64,000 bases of DNA. Origin: Fidelibacterota bacterium (GTDB taxonomy: Bacteria > Fidelibacterota > Marinisomatia > Marinisomatales > Marinisomataceae). The notes beneath the pieces are model-generated. The model was not told where the DNA came from. It saw only the letters and a list, made by a program, of their open reading frames with translations, and did not search any database. A program made the translations under genes and the position numbers. Of the stretch, positions 9,587 to 17,576 are shown piece by piece (positions within the stretch are counted from its first letter, which is position 1; each line of letters begins with the position of its first letter). The stretch is taken from contig OZ243041.1 in the NCBI GenBank assembly GCA_965212055.1, forward strand, positions 480,001 to 544,000. Direction: 5' to 3'.

Positions 9587-11243
9587 ACGTATTATCTCCA
9601 TTTTTCTATGTACTACTTTAACTGCCCAGGTTGAATATTCAAACAATCTCAATATCCGTTATGGTGAGGGTGATAATAATTATATTTATGAGGAAATTTA
9701 TTTTAATACTGGGATAACCTTAAATCGTCCAGATGATAGATTTGAAGCATTATTTAGTTTAGAGTTGAGTAATCCCCCTGAGATTGGATTGAAGGAAGAA
9801 GGAATTCGCGAATTTTTACTTGGATATTATAATAAAAATTTATCGATTGAATTAGGAGATTTCTATGAAACATGGGGAAGGGGTCTTATTCTTAACCAAA
9901 CAGATTATCAGCATTTAGATTTTAATACAGGTGCAACTGGATTAAGCGTAGGGTATGAAAAAGATTATATTTCATTAAATGTAATTGCAGGTGAGATTAA
10001 TCCTCGAAAAAGTACTACTTTCCTTGGAGGCTATGATCCACGAGTTCCGAATTATATTCTTAAACAAACCTTATATGGTTCAGACTTCAGTATTGAGTCA
10101 TCAGAATCAACTATGGGACTCTCTATATTATTTACAGAAGAAGAGGAAGCCCCAATCTCTAGCGTTATAGGTGGAATACGTTTTGAAAAACCTTACGACA
10201 ATGGTGATTTGTTTTTATCATTTATTAGCAAAAGATCCAACCTTGATACAGTTGATAGCGATTCAGAGACTGATAAAGGGAATGGACTTTACTTTTCTAA
10301 CACAAACTATATCAAAGACTGGGCATTGACATCAAATTATAGACGATACCGTATAGATGTAAAAGATCCGAGTATGCGAGACAATATATTGAGTAACTAT
10401 GGACAAGCACTTGATGTTCAGCGTTCACCAACAGGTTATTATCAACATAGTTTTAAGTTGCTAAGTCGAAATTCAAAACAGGTGAACTTAAATGATGAAA
10501 TTGGTTTAGAATTAGAATTAATAGGCCCAATAGATGAAAACCGAACTTTGTTAGTGAACTATACAAAATCTAGCTCTACAAAAGGATGGCATAATGAATT
10601 TGGTTATTGGGAACCTGAACCTCTAACTACCACAAATGGAAATAGTAATTCTTTGTTCCCAAGTAGCGATAAAGATTCTTATCCGTTTGATGAACTATTT
10701 ATTGAGTTGAATGGATACAATAAAGCTCATACTTTATTTTATCGAGTAGGGTTTGATTATTTCTCTGATACCTTTGCTGTGCTTGCTAATTCAAACACTT
10801 CAGAATCATTTGAAGTGAATAAAGCAATTACTTTTCCATTTATGGTAAATGTTATTTTGAACGATTTATGGAGCATTGAAGTACAGTTAGAATTACAACG
10901 TGCTAAAAAAGGATTTGAATTAACAGTAAATGATGAGTCTTCATTTGTTTCTTTATTGTCTGACAAGTATCAAGACAATATCTTTTTAGGATTTACGGTT
11001 AATCACGCACCATGGTCGCTAACAGTTGCTACAGAATCAACCAATAGCGATGAATCATCATCAAATTTTGATTCAAATACATGGAATTCAGTAGCATTAA
11101 CATATAGAATTAAATCAGATAATATTTTGGAAGTTTTTTATGGATCTATCAGAGGAGGATTAGATTGTACAAATGGGGTATGTAGGTATATCCAACCATT
11201 TAAAAATGGGCTAAGAATTGATTACAATGTTAATTTGAACTAA
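9579..11243 (+). CDS. DUF6029-like outer-membrane beta-barrel protein
   Basis: Signal peptide; LGDFYETWGRGLIL; C-terminal YGSIRGGLDCTNGVCRY..PF motif; alternating beta-strand pattern. Confidence 0.75.
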   Translation: MNKRIISIFLCTTLTAQVEYSNNLNIRYGEGDNNYIYEEIYFNTGITLNRPDDRFEALFSLELSNPPEIGLKEEGIREFLLGYYNKNLSIELGDFYETWGRGLILNQTDYQHLDFNTGATGLSVGYEKDYISLNVIAGEINPRKSTTFLGGYDPRVPNYILKQTLYGSDFSIESSESTMGLSILFTEEEEAPISSVIGGIRFEKPYDNGDLFLSFISKRSNLDTVDSDSETDKGNGLYFSNTNYIKDWALTSNYRRYRIDVKDPSMRDNILSNYGQALDVQRSPTGYYQHSFKLLSRNSKQVNLNDEIGLELELIGPIDENRTLLVNYTKSSSTKGWHNEFGYWEPEPLTTTNGNSNSLFPSSDKDSYPFDELFIELNGYNKAHTLFYRVGFDYFSDTFAVLANSNTSESFEVNKAITFPFMVNVILNDLWSIEVQLELQRAKKGFELTVNDESSFVSLLSDKYQDNIFLGFTVNHAPWSLTVATESTNSDESSSNFDSNTWNSVALTYRIKSDNILEVFYGSIRGGLDCTNGVCRYIQPFKNGLRIDYNVNLN

Positions 11244-11283
11244 ATTCAGGAAGATATGGGGGGAAACCCATAGGAGATTTACT

Positions 11284-12177
11284 ATGAATAATAAAAATAT
11301 ATTTTTGGGGATAATTGCTTTCGCTCTTTTTGCTTGTAGCGGAGGAGGAGATAGTGTAACTGCAACCACAGATGGCGGTGGTGGAGAAACTGGTGGAAAT
11401 ACAGGCGGTACGGCACAACCAGTACCAACCAAAATTTTAACTGAATTATTTACATCAACAACTTGTGGTCCTTGTACAGCTCAAAATAATACTCTAAATA
11501 AGTACTTAGACCCTACATCATCTACATATGCAAGCGATATTGCAGCTGAATGGATTGTATTACGTTATCATGTTTGGTGGCCTGCTTCTGGAGATCCTTA
11601 TTATGATTGGAATCAAAATCCAGTGATTGCGCGTGAAGGATACTATAATGTCGGATATGTTCCTCATGCTTTTACACAAGGGATGAATGATTCTGGTTCA
11701 GGAGCATCTACATGGAGAGTACATGCAAGACAAGTAGATACTACAACAGCTATTTCTCCGTTTGATGTTCAGATGAATGTAGCATTAGATGGATATAAGT
11801 TAACTGGTACTATTACAGTAACTGCTGCAGGCGATGTAAGAAATCTTGGATTTAAATACTATATTGCTGTCACACATGATGATTCTCAATATGCTGCACC
11901 AAATGGACAAACAGTATTTCATCAAACTTTCATCGATTTCCTCAACTATGAAACAACCACTGAAGGAATCATAAGTTGGGGTGAATCTCTTAATTTAAAT
12001 TCAGGTGAAACCAAGACTACAAATATTGATTGGACGTTAAATAGTAATTGGCCAAATGATTCTGGAGTTACTTGGTCTCCAAGTGATTTAAATATTCTTG
12101 CGTTTGTTCAATTCGATGGTGGTGGAGAAAATGATAAGAAAATCTTCCAGGTTGAAGAAATAGATTTTGGTTCATAA
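11284..12177 (+). CDS. Omp28-related lipoprotein with thioredoxin-like CxxC
   Basis: Lipobox LFAC, Gly/Thr linker, KILTELFTSTTCGPC, YH...DP, C-terminal LAFVQ..K.IFQV; RBS AGGAG. Confidence 0.8.
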   Translation: MNNKNIFLGIIAFALFACSGGGDSVTATTDGGGGETGGNTGGTAQPVPTKILTELFTSTTCGPCTAQNNTLNKYLDPTSSTYASDIAAEWIVLRYHVWWPASGDPYYDWNQNPVIAREGYYNVGYVPHAFTQGMNDSGSGASTWRVHARQVDTTTAISPFDVQMNVALDGYKLTGTITVTAAGDVRNLGFKYYIAVTHDDSQYAAPNGQTVFHQTFIDFLNYETTTEGIISWGESLNLNSGETKTTNIDWTLNSNWPNDSGVTWSPSDLNILAFVQFDGGGENDKKIFQVEEIDFGS

Positions 12178-12197
12178 GTTCTCCTCGTTTTACATAT

Positions 12198-12271
12198 GCG
12201 CCCGTAGCTCAATTGGATAGAGCGTCTGGCTACGGACCAGAAGGTTGTGGGTTCGAGTCCTTCCGGGCGTA
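12198..12271 (+). tRNA. tRNA-Arg(ACG)
   Basis: GCGCCCG/CGGGCGT stem, TCTGG-CTACGGA-CCAGA anticodon arm, GGTTCGAGTCC. Confidence 0.93.
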
Positions 12272-12274
12272 CTC

Positions 12275-12748
12275 GTGTCTACTAAAATTCAAATAAATAA
12301 AATATCTCATGAAGATTGGATGCATCGTGCATTAAAACTCGCAATGCAAGCCTTTAATGCAGATGAAGTTCCTGTTGGATGTATCATTGTTCACGATAAT
12401 AAAATTATTGGACAAGGATATAATCAATGTGAATCTTTAAATGACGCTACTGCTCATGCTGAAATGATAGCAATTACTTCAGCCTCATCTACATTAGATA
12501 ATTGGCGTTTAAATGAATGTGCAATCTATGTGACAAAAGAACCTTGTTCAATGTGTGCTGGAGCCATTGTAAATAGCCGTATTGATAAACTTTATTTTGG
12601 ATGTTATGATGAAGAATCAGGCGCATGTGGTTCTAGGTTTGAGATTTGTGGAGGTTCTACTCCTTCTATTGTGAAGGGAAATATACTTGCCAATGAATCT
12701 TTATCTTTAATTCAGGAATATTTTATTAGAAAAAGAAAGGAAAAATAG
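12275..12748 (+). CDS. tadA: tRNA adenosine(34) deaminase TadA
   Basis: EVPVG, DATAHAEM, KEPCSMCAGA; first start codon outside the tRNA is GTG 12275. Confidence 0.9.
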   Translation: MSTKIQINKISHEDWMHRALKLAMQAFNADEVPVGCIIVHDNKIIGQGYNQCESLNDATAHAEMIAITSASSTLDNWRLNECAIYVTKEPCSMCAGAIVNSRIDKLYFGCYDEESGACGSRFEICGGSTPSIVKGNILANESLSLIQEYFIRKRKEK

Positions 12749-13481
12749 CCTTTCTTTCTTTTGGGTAATCATCAAATTGTTGATGATACCATTGATGTCC
12801 TTTAATAGCTCTTGGAACTAAGTTTGCCATTGTCCATATCATAAAAGATAATCCTGCCAAAGACCAAGTCATTAATGCAAATGCAGTCCATTCTAAGATT
12901 TCTCCAAAATAATTGGGATAAGAGATGTATTTGAACAATCCTCCTCTTGGAATTTGGTATCCTTTATTTTCTGATCGTAATTTTAGGAGAATGGTATCCG
13001 ATTGCATATTGATTACCATTCCTACAGCAAACAAAATAATTCCTAGAATAAAATTCCAGTTGGTAGCATAATCAATTAGGTATGGTTCCATAGAGCCTAA
13101 GAAATAACCATTAATAAATCCGTTGATAATATTAAACAACAATGCAAATACGGCAATAGAAAGGGGCATTTTTGCTGGATTTTTTTGTCGCATAGGATAA
13201 ATAATGCTTCGATTAGAATAATGACCCATCCAACAGATAAAAAACACCCATGTAATCCAACTTTTTTCTTCTAATCCAGTAAGAAAAAAATAAGCAAATG
13301 CAGCAGGAGAGATAATTTCCATCACAAACCATCCTAATTTGCTTGGAATCATTGGTCCCCAATTTGTATTAGCAAATTTTCCATACGGAGCGGGGATTTT
13401 TAAAAGAAGAATGAATGTTACAACTCCCAAGATAATCCAAGGCATCAAAATCATTTCATAAATTTGTAACATCGCCTCCAA
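12726..13481 (-). CDS. 3-oxo-5-alpha-steroid 4-dehydrogenase (SRD5A-like) membrane enzyme
   Basis: APYGK, GWFVME, HY.NR..IYP, FN.INGF, IN.QSD.IL..LR, YQIPRGGLF..ISYPNYFGEILEW, NLVPRA..H.WY. Confidence 0.9.
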   Translation of the reverse strand: MEAMLQIYEMILMPWIILGVVTFILLLKIPAPYGKFANTNWGPMIPSKLGWFVMEIISPAAFAYFFLTGLEEKSWITWVFFICWMGHYSNRSIIYPMRQKNPAKMPLSIAVFALLFNIINGFINGYFLGSMEPYLIDYATNWNFILGIILFAVGMVINMQSDTILLKLRSENKGYQIPRGGLFKYISYPNYFGEILEWTAFALMTWSLAGLSFMIWTMANLVPRAIKGHQWYHQQFDDYPKERKAIFPFFF

Positions 13482-13516
13482 TTTATAATTAATATTGATT
13501 CGTTCAAAGAGGGTTT

Positions 13517-14356
13517 ATGAGTGATAAAATTATAGTCATTACTGGTGCTACTGATGGAATAGGATTGGCTGCTGCAAAAACAATTGCAGGCCAAGGATAT
13601 CGTATTGGTCTCGTCGGTAGAAATCCTGATAAAGGGAAGCAGGCAATGGAAGCAATTGTGTCTGAGACCGGTAATGATAAATTAGATTTCTTTCAAACAG
13701 ATTTAAGTTTGGTGAAAGAAGTTACTTCTCTTTCTAATCAGATAAAAAATAAATACTCTCACCTCAATGTTTTATTAAATAATGCAGGAGGAGCTAGTAA
13801 GGACAAAATAATTACTAGTGAAGGATTAGAAAGAACTTTTGCTACCAATCAAATGAATTATTTTGTGCTTACCACCAACTTAATGGATATGTTATCAACT
13901 TCTGAAGGATCTAGAGTGGTCAATGTAGCTTCCAATGCTCATATTGGGGCAACAATTGATTTCGACAATATTAATTCAGAAAAAAAACATTCATGGTGGA
14001 GTACATACTGTGTTTCAAAGCTCATGAATATTATGTTTACTTATCGTTTAGCGCAGATTCAGAATAAAGTAACTGCGAATTGTCTCCATCCAGGATTTGT
14101 GAATACCAACATTGGAGGGAATGAGGGGAATACTATAAAACGTATTGTCAAATTTGGATCAAATTTATTTGCTAGAACAGTTGAAGATGGAGCAGATTCC
14201 AGTATTTATTTGTCAACATCGAATGATATACAAAATGTTTCAGGAAAATATTTTTTCAAATGCAAAGAAATTAAATCATCAAAAGAGTCCTATAAACAAG
14301 CTCAATGGGACCAGCTTTGGAATGTTTGTAAATCTTATAAGGAACAATTATCATAA
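13517..14356 (+). CDS. Short-chain dehydrogenase/reductase (retinol dehydrogenase-like)
   Basis: TGATDGIG, NNAG, VVNVAS.AH, YCVSK, HPGFV. Confidence 0.92.
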   Translation: MSDKIIVITGATDGIGLAAAKTIAGQGYRIGLVGRNPDKGKQAMEAIVSETGNDKLDFFQTDLSLVKEVTSLSNQIKNKYSHLNVLLNNAGGASKDKIITSEGLERTFATNQMNYFVLTTNLMDMLSTSEGSRVVNVASNAHIGATIDFDNINSEKKHSWWSTYCVSKLMNIMFTYRLAQIQNKVTANCLHPGFVNTNIGGNEGNTIKRIVKFGSNLFARTVEDGADSSIYLSTSNDIQNVSGKYFFKCKEIKSSKESYKQAQWDQLWNVCKSYKEQLS

Positions 14357-14790
14357 TGCAAAAAATCTTATCACGATCAGACTATGATTTTTTTACAACT
14401 GCGTCAACAAGATGGAGAGATTCAGATACGTTAGGGCATATCAATCATACAATTTATTTAAGCATCCTAGAAACAACACATAAAGATTTTATAGTACATA
14501 TGTATGGAAAAGAAGCCGCTTTCGGTCTTGATAGCACAAGTGCAGGTTTATTGGCCTCAATGCAAGTGATGTATATAAAACAATCACATCACCCTGCTAA
14601 ATTTGATATCGGTTTCCGTATCACTAGAGTTGGTACAAAGAGCTATGATGTGCATGAAGCTTTATTTTTAGAAGGAGAAGATACTCCTGTTTTCCAAAGT
14701 ATTCATACATTTGTGATGTTTAATTTTAAAGAACAAAAGTCAATTCCAGTAGATGATGTTATTAGAGATAATTTAAGAGCAGTAGAGTGA
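14356..14790 (+). CDS. Acyl-CoA thioesterase (4HBT/YbgC hotdog family)
   Basis: TRWRDSDTLGHINH..Y motif; RVGTKSY. Confidence 0.85.
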   Translation: MQKILSRSDYDFFTTASTRWRDSDTLGHINHTIYLSILETTHKDFIVHMYGKEAAFGLDSTSAGLLASMQVMYIKQSHHPAKFDIGFRITRVGTKSYDVHEALFLEGEDTPVFQSIHTFVMFNFKEQKSIPVDDVIRDNLRAVE

Positions 14791-15551
14791 TTACCTTATT
14801 ATCTCCTTCCAAAAAATTAAATTTTGAACCTCAAAATATAGTTGATAATTATACCCAGTGTGAGTTTATCAAAAGTGCTGAAATATTAGCTAATAAAGCT
14901 AAAAACTTTACTGAGAACGATCTAAAAGAACTAATGGATATAAGCGATAAGCTTGCTCAATTAAATCGAGAACGATTTGATCGCTGGTCACTTCCATTTA
15001 ATTCTTCCAATGCAAAACAGGCGATTCTAGCGTTTGATGGGGGAGTATATTCTGGTTTAAGAGCAAATACATTTTCTGGTAAAGATTTTGGATTTGCGCA
15101 AGATCATCTTCGGATTTTATCAGGATTGTATGGAATTCTAAAACCTCTTGATCTTATCCAGCCATATCGATTAGAAATGGGAGTTTCATTTCAAAATCCA
15201 AAAGGGAAGAACTTATATGATTTTTGGAAACAATCAATAACGGATAATTTGAATGATACCCTAGAAAAACATCCATCACCTGTGATTGTTAACTGTGCAT
15301 CAATTGAATATTTTTCTGCAATTGATTTATCGAAACTCAAAGGAAGCATTCTTTCGATCGTATTCAAAGAATATCGAAATGGGGAATTAAAGTTTATCTC
15401 ATTTAATGCAAAGAAAGCGAGAGGATTAATGACACAGTACATTGTTAAGAACAAGATAAATGATCATACTAATATCAAAGATTTTAATTATGAAGATTAT
15501 AAATTTGATTCGAAGCTATCTGAAGATTCAAAATTTGTATTTACACGATAA
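14787..15551 (+). CDS. yaaA: Peroxide stress protein YaaA
   Basis: LSPSKKL, F.GGVY.GL, LRILSGLYGILKPLDLIQPYRLEMG, ISFNAKKARG. Confidence 0.95.
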   Translation: MITLLSPSKKLNFEPQNIVDNYTQCEFIKSAEILANKAKNFTENDLKELMDISDKLAQLNRERFDRWSLPFNSSNAKQAILAFDGGVYSGLRANTFSGKDFGFAQDHLRILSGLYGILKPLDLIQPYRLEMGVSFQNPKGKNLYDFWKQSITDNLNDTLEKHPSPVIVNCASIEYFSAIDLSKLKGSILSIVFKEYRNGELKFISFNAKKARGLMTQYIVKNKINDHTNIKDFNYEDYKFDSKLSEDSKFVFTR

Positions 15552-15560
15552 AGGCAGTTT

Positions 15561-16448
15561 ATGAGCTATATTTCTTTTTTTAAAGATCGGTTTATACCTA
15601 CAGATGAAATTAATCTTAATTTTCGTGATAATTTTCTAAGCATTGTTCGAGGCTATCAAGTCTTTACATTTTTTAAAACTATAGATGAAGGAAAACCGCT
15701 TTTTTTAGATCATCATATTAAACGACTACTAAAAAATACAGAAACAATGGGGATGAAGATAAATCAATCACATGATGATGTTAAGCAGTTGGTGTTTGAT
15801 ACCATAGCTGAAAACACTTCTTCTTCAGGTGAGTTTAGTATAATGATTGCGTTTCTAGGAGGAAAACCCGTTATTGGTTCTGATTTGTATTCAAACAGTC
15901 CTATGGATATTTTGGTTTTAGTAAATCCAATAAGAATATATCCAGCAGAATTTTATGCCAAAGGGATTACTGTTGGTCTTTTTGAATTTCAACGTCATTA
16001 TGCAGAGATTAAAGCTCCTTTTACATATATAGGAGGGTTATTAGCACAAAATGCTATAATAAAAAGTGGTGACTATGATGAAGTCTTATATGTTTCAAAT
16101 GGAAATATATTAGAAGGTACTACATTCTCATTTTTTGCAATTAATAATAGTGAAGTTGTGCTAACAGCCCCGGCAGATGGGAATATTTTACGAAGCGTTA
16201 CTAGGTCGGCTTTACTGAATGTTATAAAGAAAGAAGAGATGAAATTTGAAGAAAGGGATTTACCAATTGATGAAATGTATAGTTGTAAAGAAGCATTTAT
16301 TGTGTCTTCCACTCGTGATATTATTCCTGTAGTTTCAGTTGATAATCATACAATTGGGGATGGTTTAGTAGGGGAATCAACTAAGAAATTAATGGAACTT
16401 TATCAGAAAGAAATATTGGAGCTTGTTTCCAATAGGAACAATGTTTAA
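15561..16448 (+). CDS. Aminotransferase class IV (IlvE/Dat/PabC-like)
   Basis: RGYQVF, L..H..RL, PLP Lys in AEIK, EGT..SFF, IL..VTR, EAF..SSTR. Confidence 0.85.
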   Translation: MSYISFFKDRFIPTDEINLNFRDNFLSIVRGYQVFTFFKTIDEGKPLFLDHHIKRLLKNTETMGMKINQSHDDVKQLVFDTIAENTSSSGEFSIMIAFLGGKPVIGSDLYSNSPMDILVLVNPIRIYPAEFYAKGITVGLFEFQRHYAEIKAPFTYIGGLLAQNAIIKSGDYDEVLYVSNGNILEGTTFSFFAINNSEVVLTAPADGNILRSVTRSALLNVIKKEEMKFEERDLPIDEMYSCKEAFIVSSTRDIIPVVSVDNHTIGDGLVGESTKKLMELYQKEILELVSNRNNV

Positions 16449-16488
16449 AATTTTGCGTTTACTTAAGAAACAACATAGAGGTTATAAA

Positions 16489-16878
16489 ATGAAACATACT
16501 GGAATTGTTTTATTATTAAGTTTTTCTATTTTTTCATGCAGTGTTCCTGCAACCGCAACAAACAACGACTTTACGTTAGGAAAAGTTCAAAGCCAATTAA
16601 AAGAAGGTATGAGCTCTGCTAGCGTTGTTGAATTGTTGGGATCTCCAAATATTGTAACCAATGCGAATGATGGATATGAAGTATGGACATACGACAAAGT
16701 TAGTAGCGAAGCAAAAGATGGTTCTGCTATGGGAGCAGGCGTTGTTCCTGGTGGAAGATTTCTTGGGATATTTGGTGGAAGTCGTAGTAGTAAAAGCAAT
16801 AAAAATCTAACATTAACCATCAGGTTTACTCCTGCAGGTCTTGTTGATAGTTTCAAATACCAAAGCATTAAATACTAA
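16489..16878 (+). CDS. SmpA/OmlA (BamE)-like lipoprotein
   Basis: RBS GAGG before ATG 16489; lipobox IFSC; LKEGMS...V.ELLGSP, EVWTY, L.I.F...G.V. Confidence 0.7.
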   Translation: MKHTGIVLLLSFSIFSCSVPATATNNDFTLGKVQSQLKEGMSSASVVELLGSPNIVTNANDGYEVWTYDKVSSEAKDGSAMGAGVVPGGRFLGIFGGSRSSKSNKNLTLTIRFTPAGLVDSFKYQSIKY

Positions 16879-17540
16879 TGGTTAGACGTATAGCACTTCA
16901 TCTGGTTGTATTGAGCCATTTGTTTGTTGTTAGTTGTGGTAGCTCTGCTCCACCTCCTACAACAGCAGTAAAGCGCGCCATTGAGACAAGACAATATAAC
17001 GTAGATTTTGATACTCTTATGAAAGGTTCAATTGGGGTATTACAAGATCTAGGGTATACTATCGATGTACTCAATGACAATTATGGACTCATTACTGCCA
17101 CCAAACAGACAACTCTAGGAGGTGGATCAGATGAGAAAGAGATGAGTAAAGGGCAAAAAGCTGCCATTGGAATAGGAGTTATATTAACCTTAGGATTATT
17201 AGCAGCAGCAGGTGGTGACAAAGATGATGATAATAATAATGATGATGGCGGTGGAGATTGTTTGTTCTGTGGTTGGGGCGGTAATAGTTCTAGTAATGAT
17301 GGACCTAATGTATATAACTTGAAAACAACCATTAATGTTACACAGGAATCTGAAGATCCAGTTTCTAGTACTATTCGTACAAATTTTCAAGCCTCTAGAG
17401 AACAAGGTGGTTCGGTAAAATATGCAGGAAGTAAACATTCAAATGAATTCTTTCAAAGTTTCTTTTTTGCACTTGATAAATCCTTATTTTTAGATACCAA
17501 TCTAGAAAGTGGAGAAGCTACAGTAATAGAGGAGAATTAA
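16878..17540 (+). CDS. Hypothetical lipoprotein
   Basis: Lipobox VVSC; ETRQY..VLQDLGY.I..GLITATK; F..LDKSLFL; TAATG coupling. Confidence 0.7.
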   Translation: MVRRIALHLVVLSHLFVVSCGSSAPPPTTAVKRAIETRQYNVDFDTLMKGSIGVLQDLGYTIDVLNDNYGLITATKQTTLGGGSDEKEMSKGQKAAIGIGVILTLGLLAAAGGDKDDDNNNDDGGGDCLFCGWGGNSSSNDGPNVYNLKTTINVTQESEDPVSSTIRTNFQASREQGGSVKYAGSKHSNEFFQSFFFALDKSLFLDTNLESGEATVIEEN

Positions 17541-17576
17541 ACAGCTTCTAATTAATTATAATTTTTCTTATACTTT

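Noticed and set aside
9107..12177. Selenocysteine in the TlpA or Omp28 redox motifs
   Set aside because: Both motifs use TGC/TGT codons with no in-frame TGA
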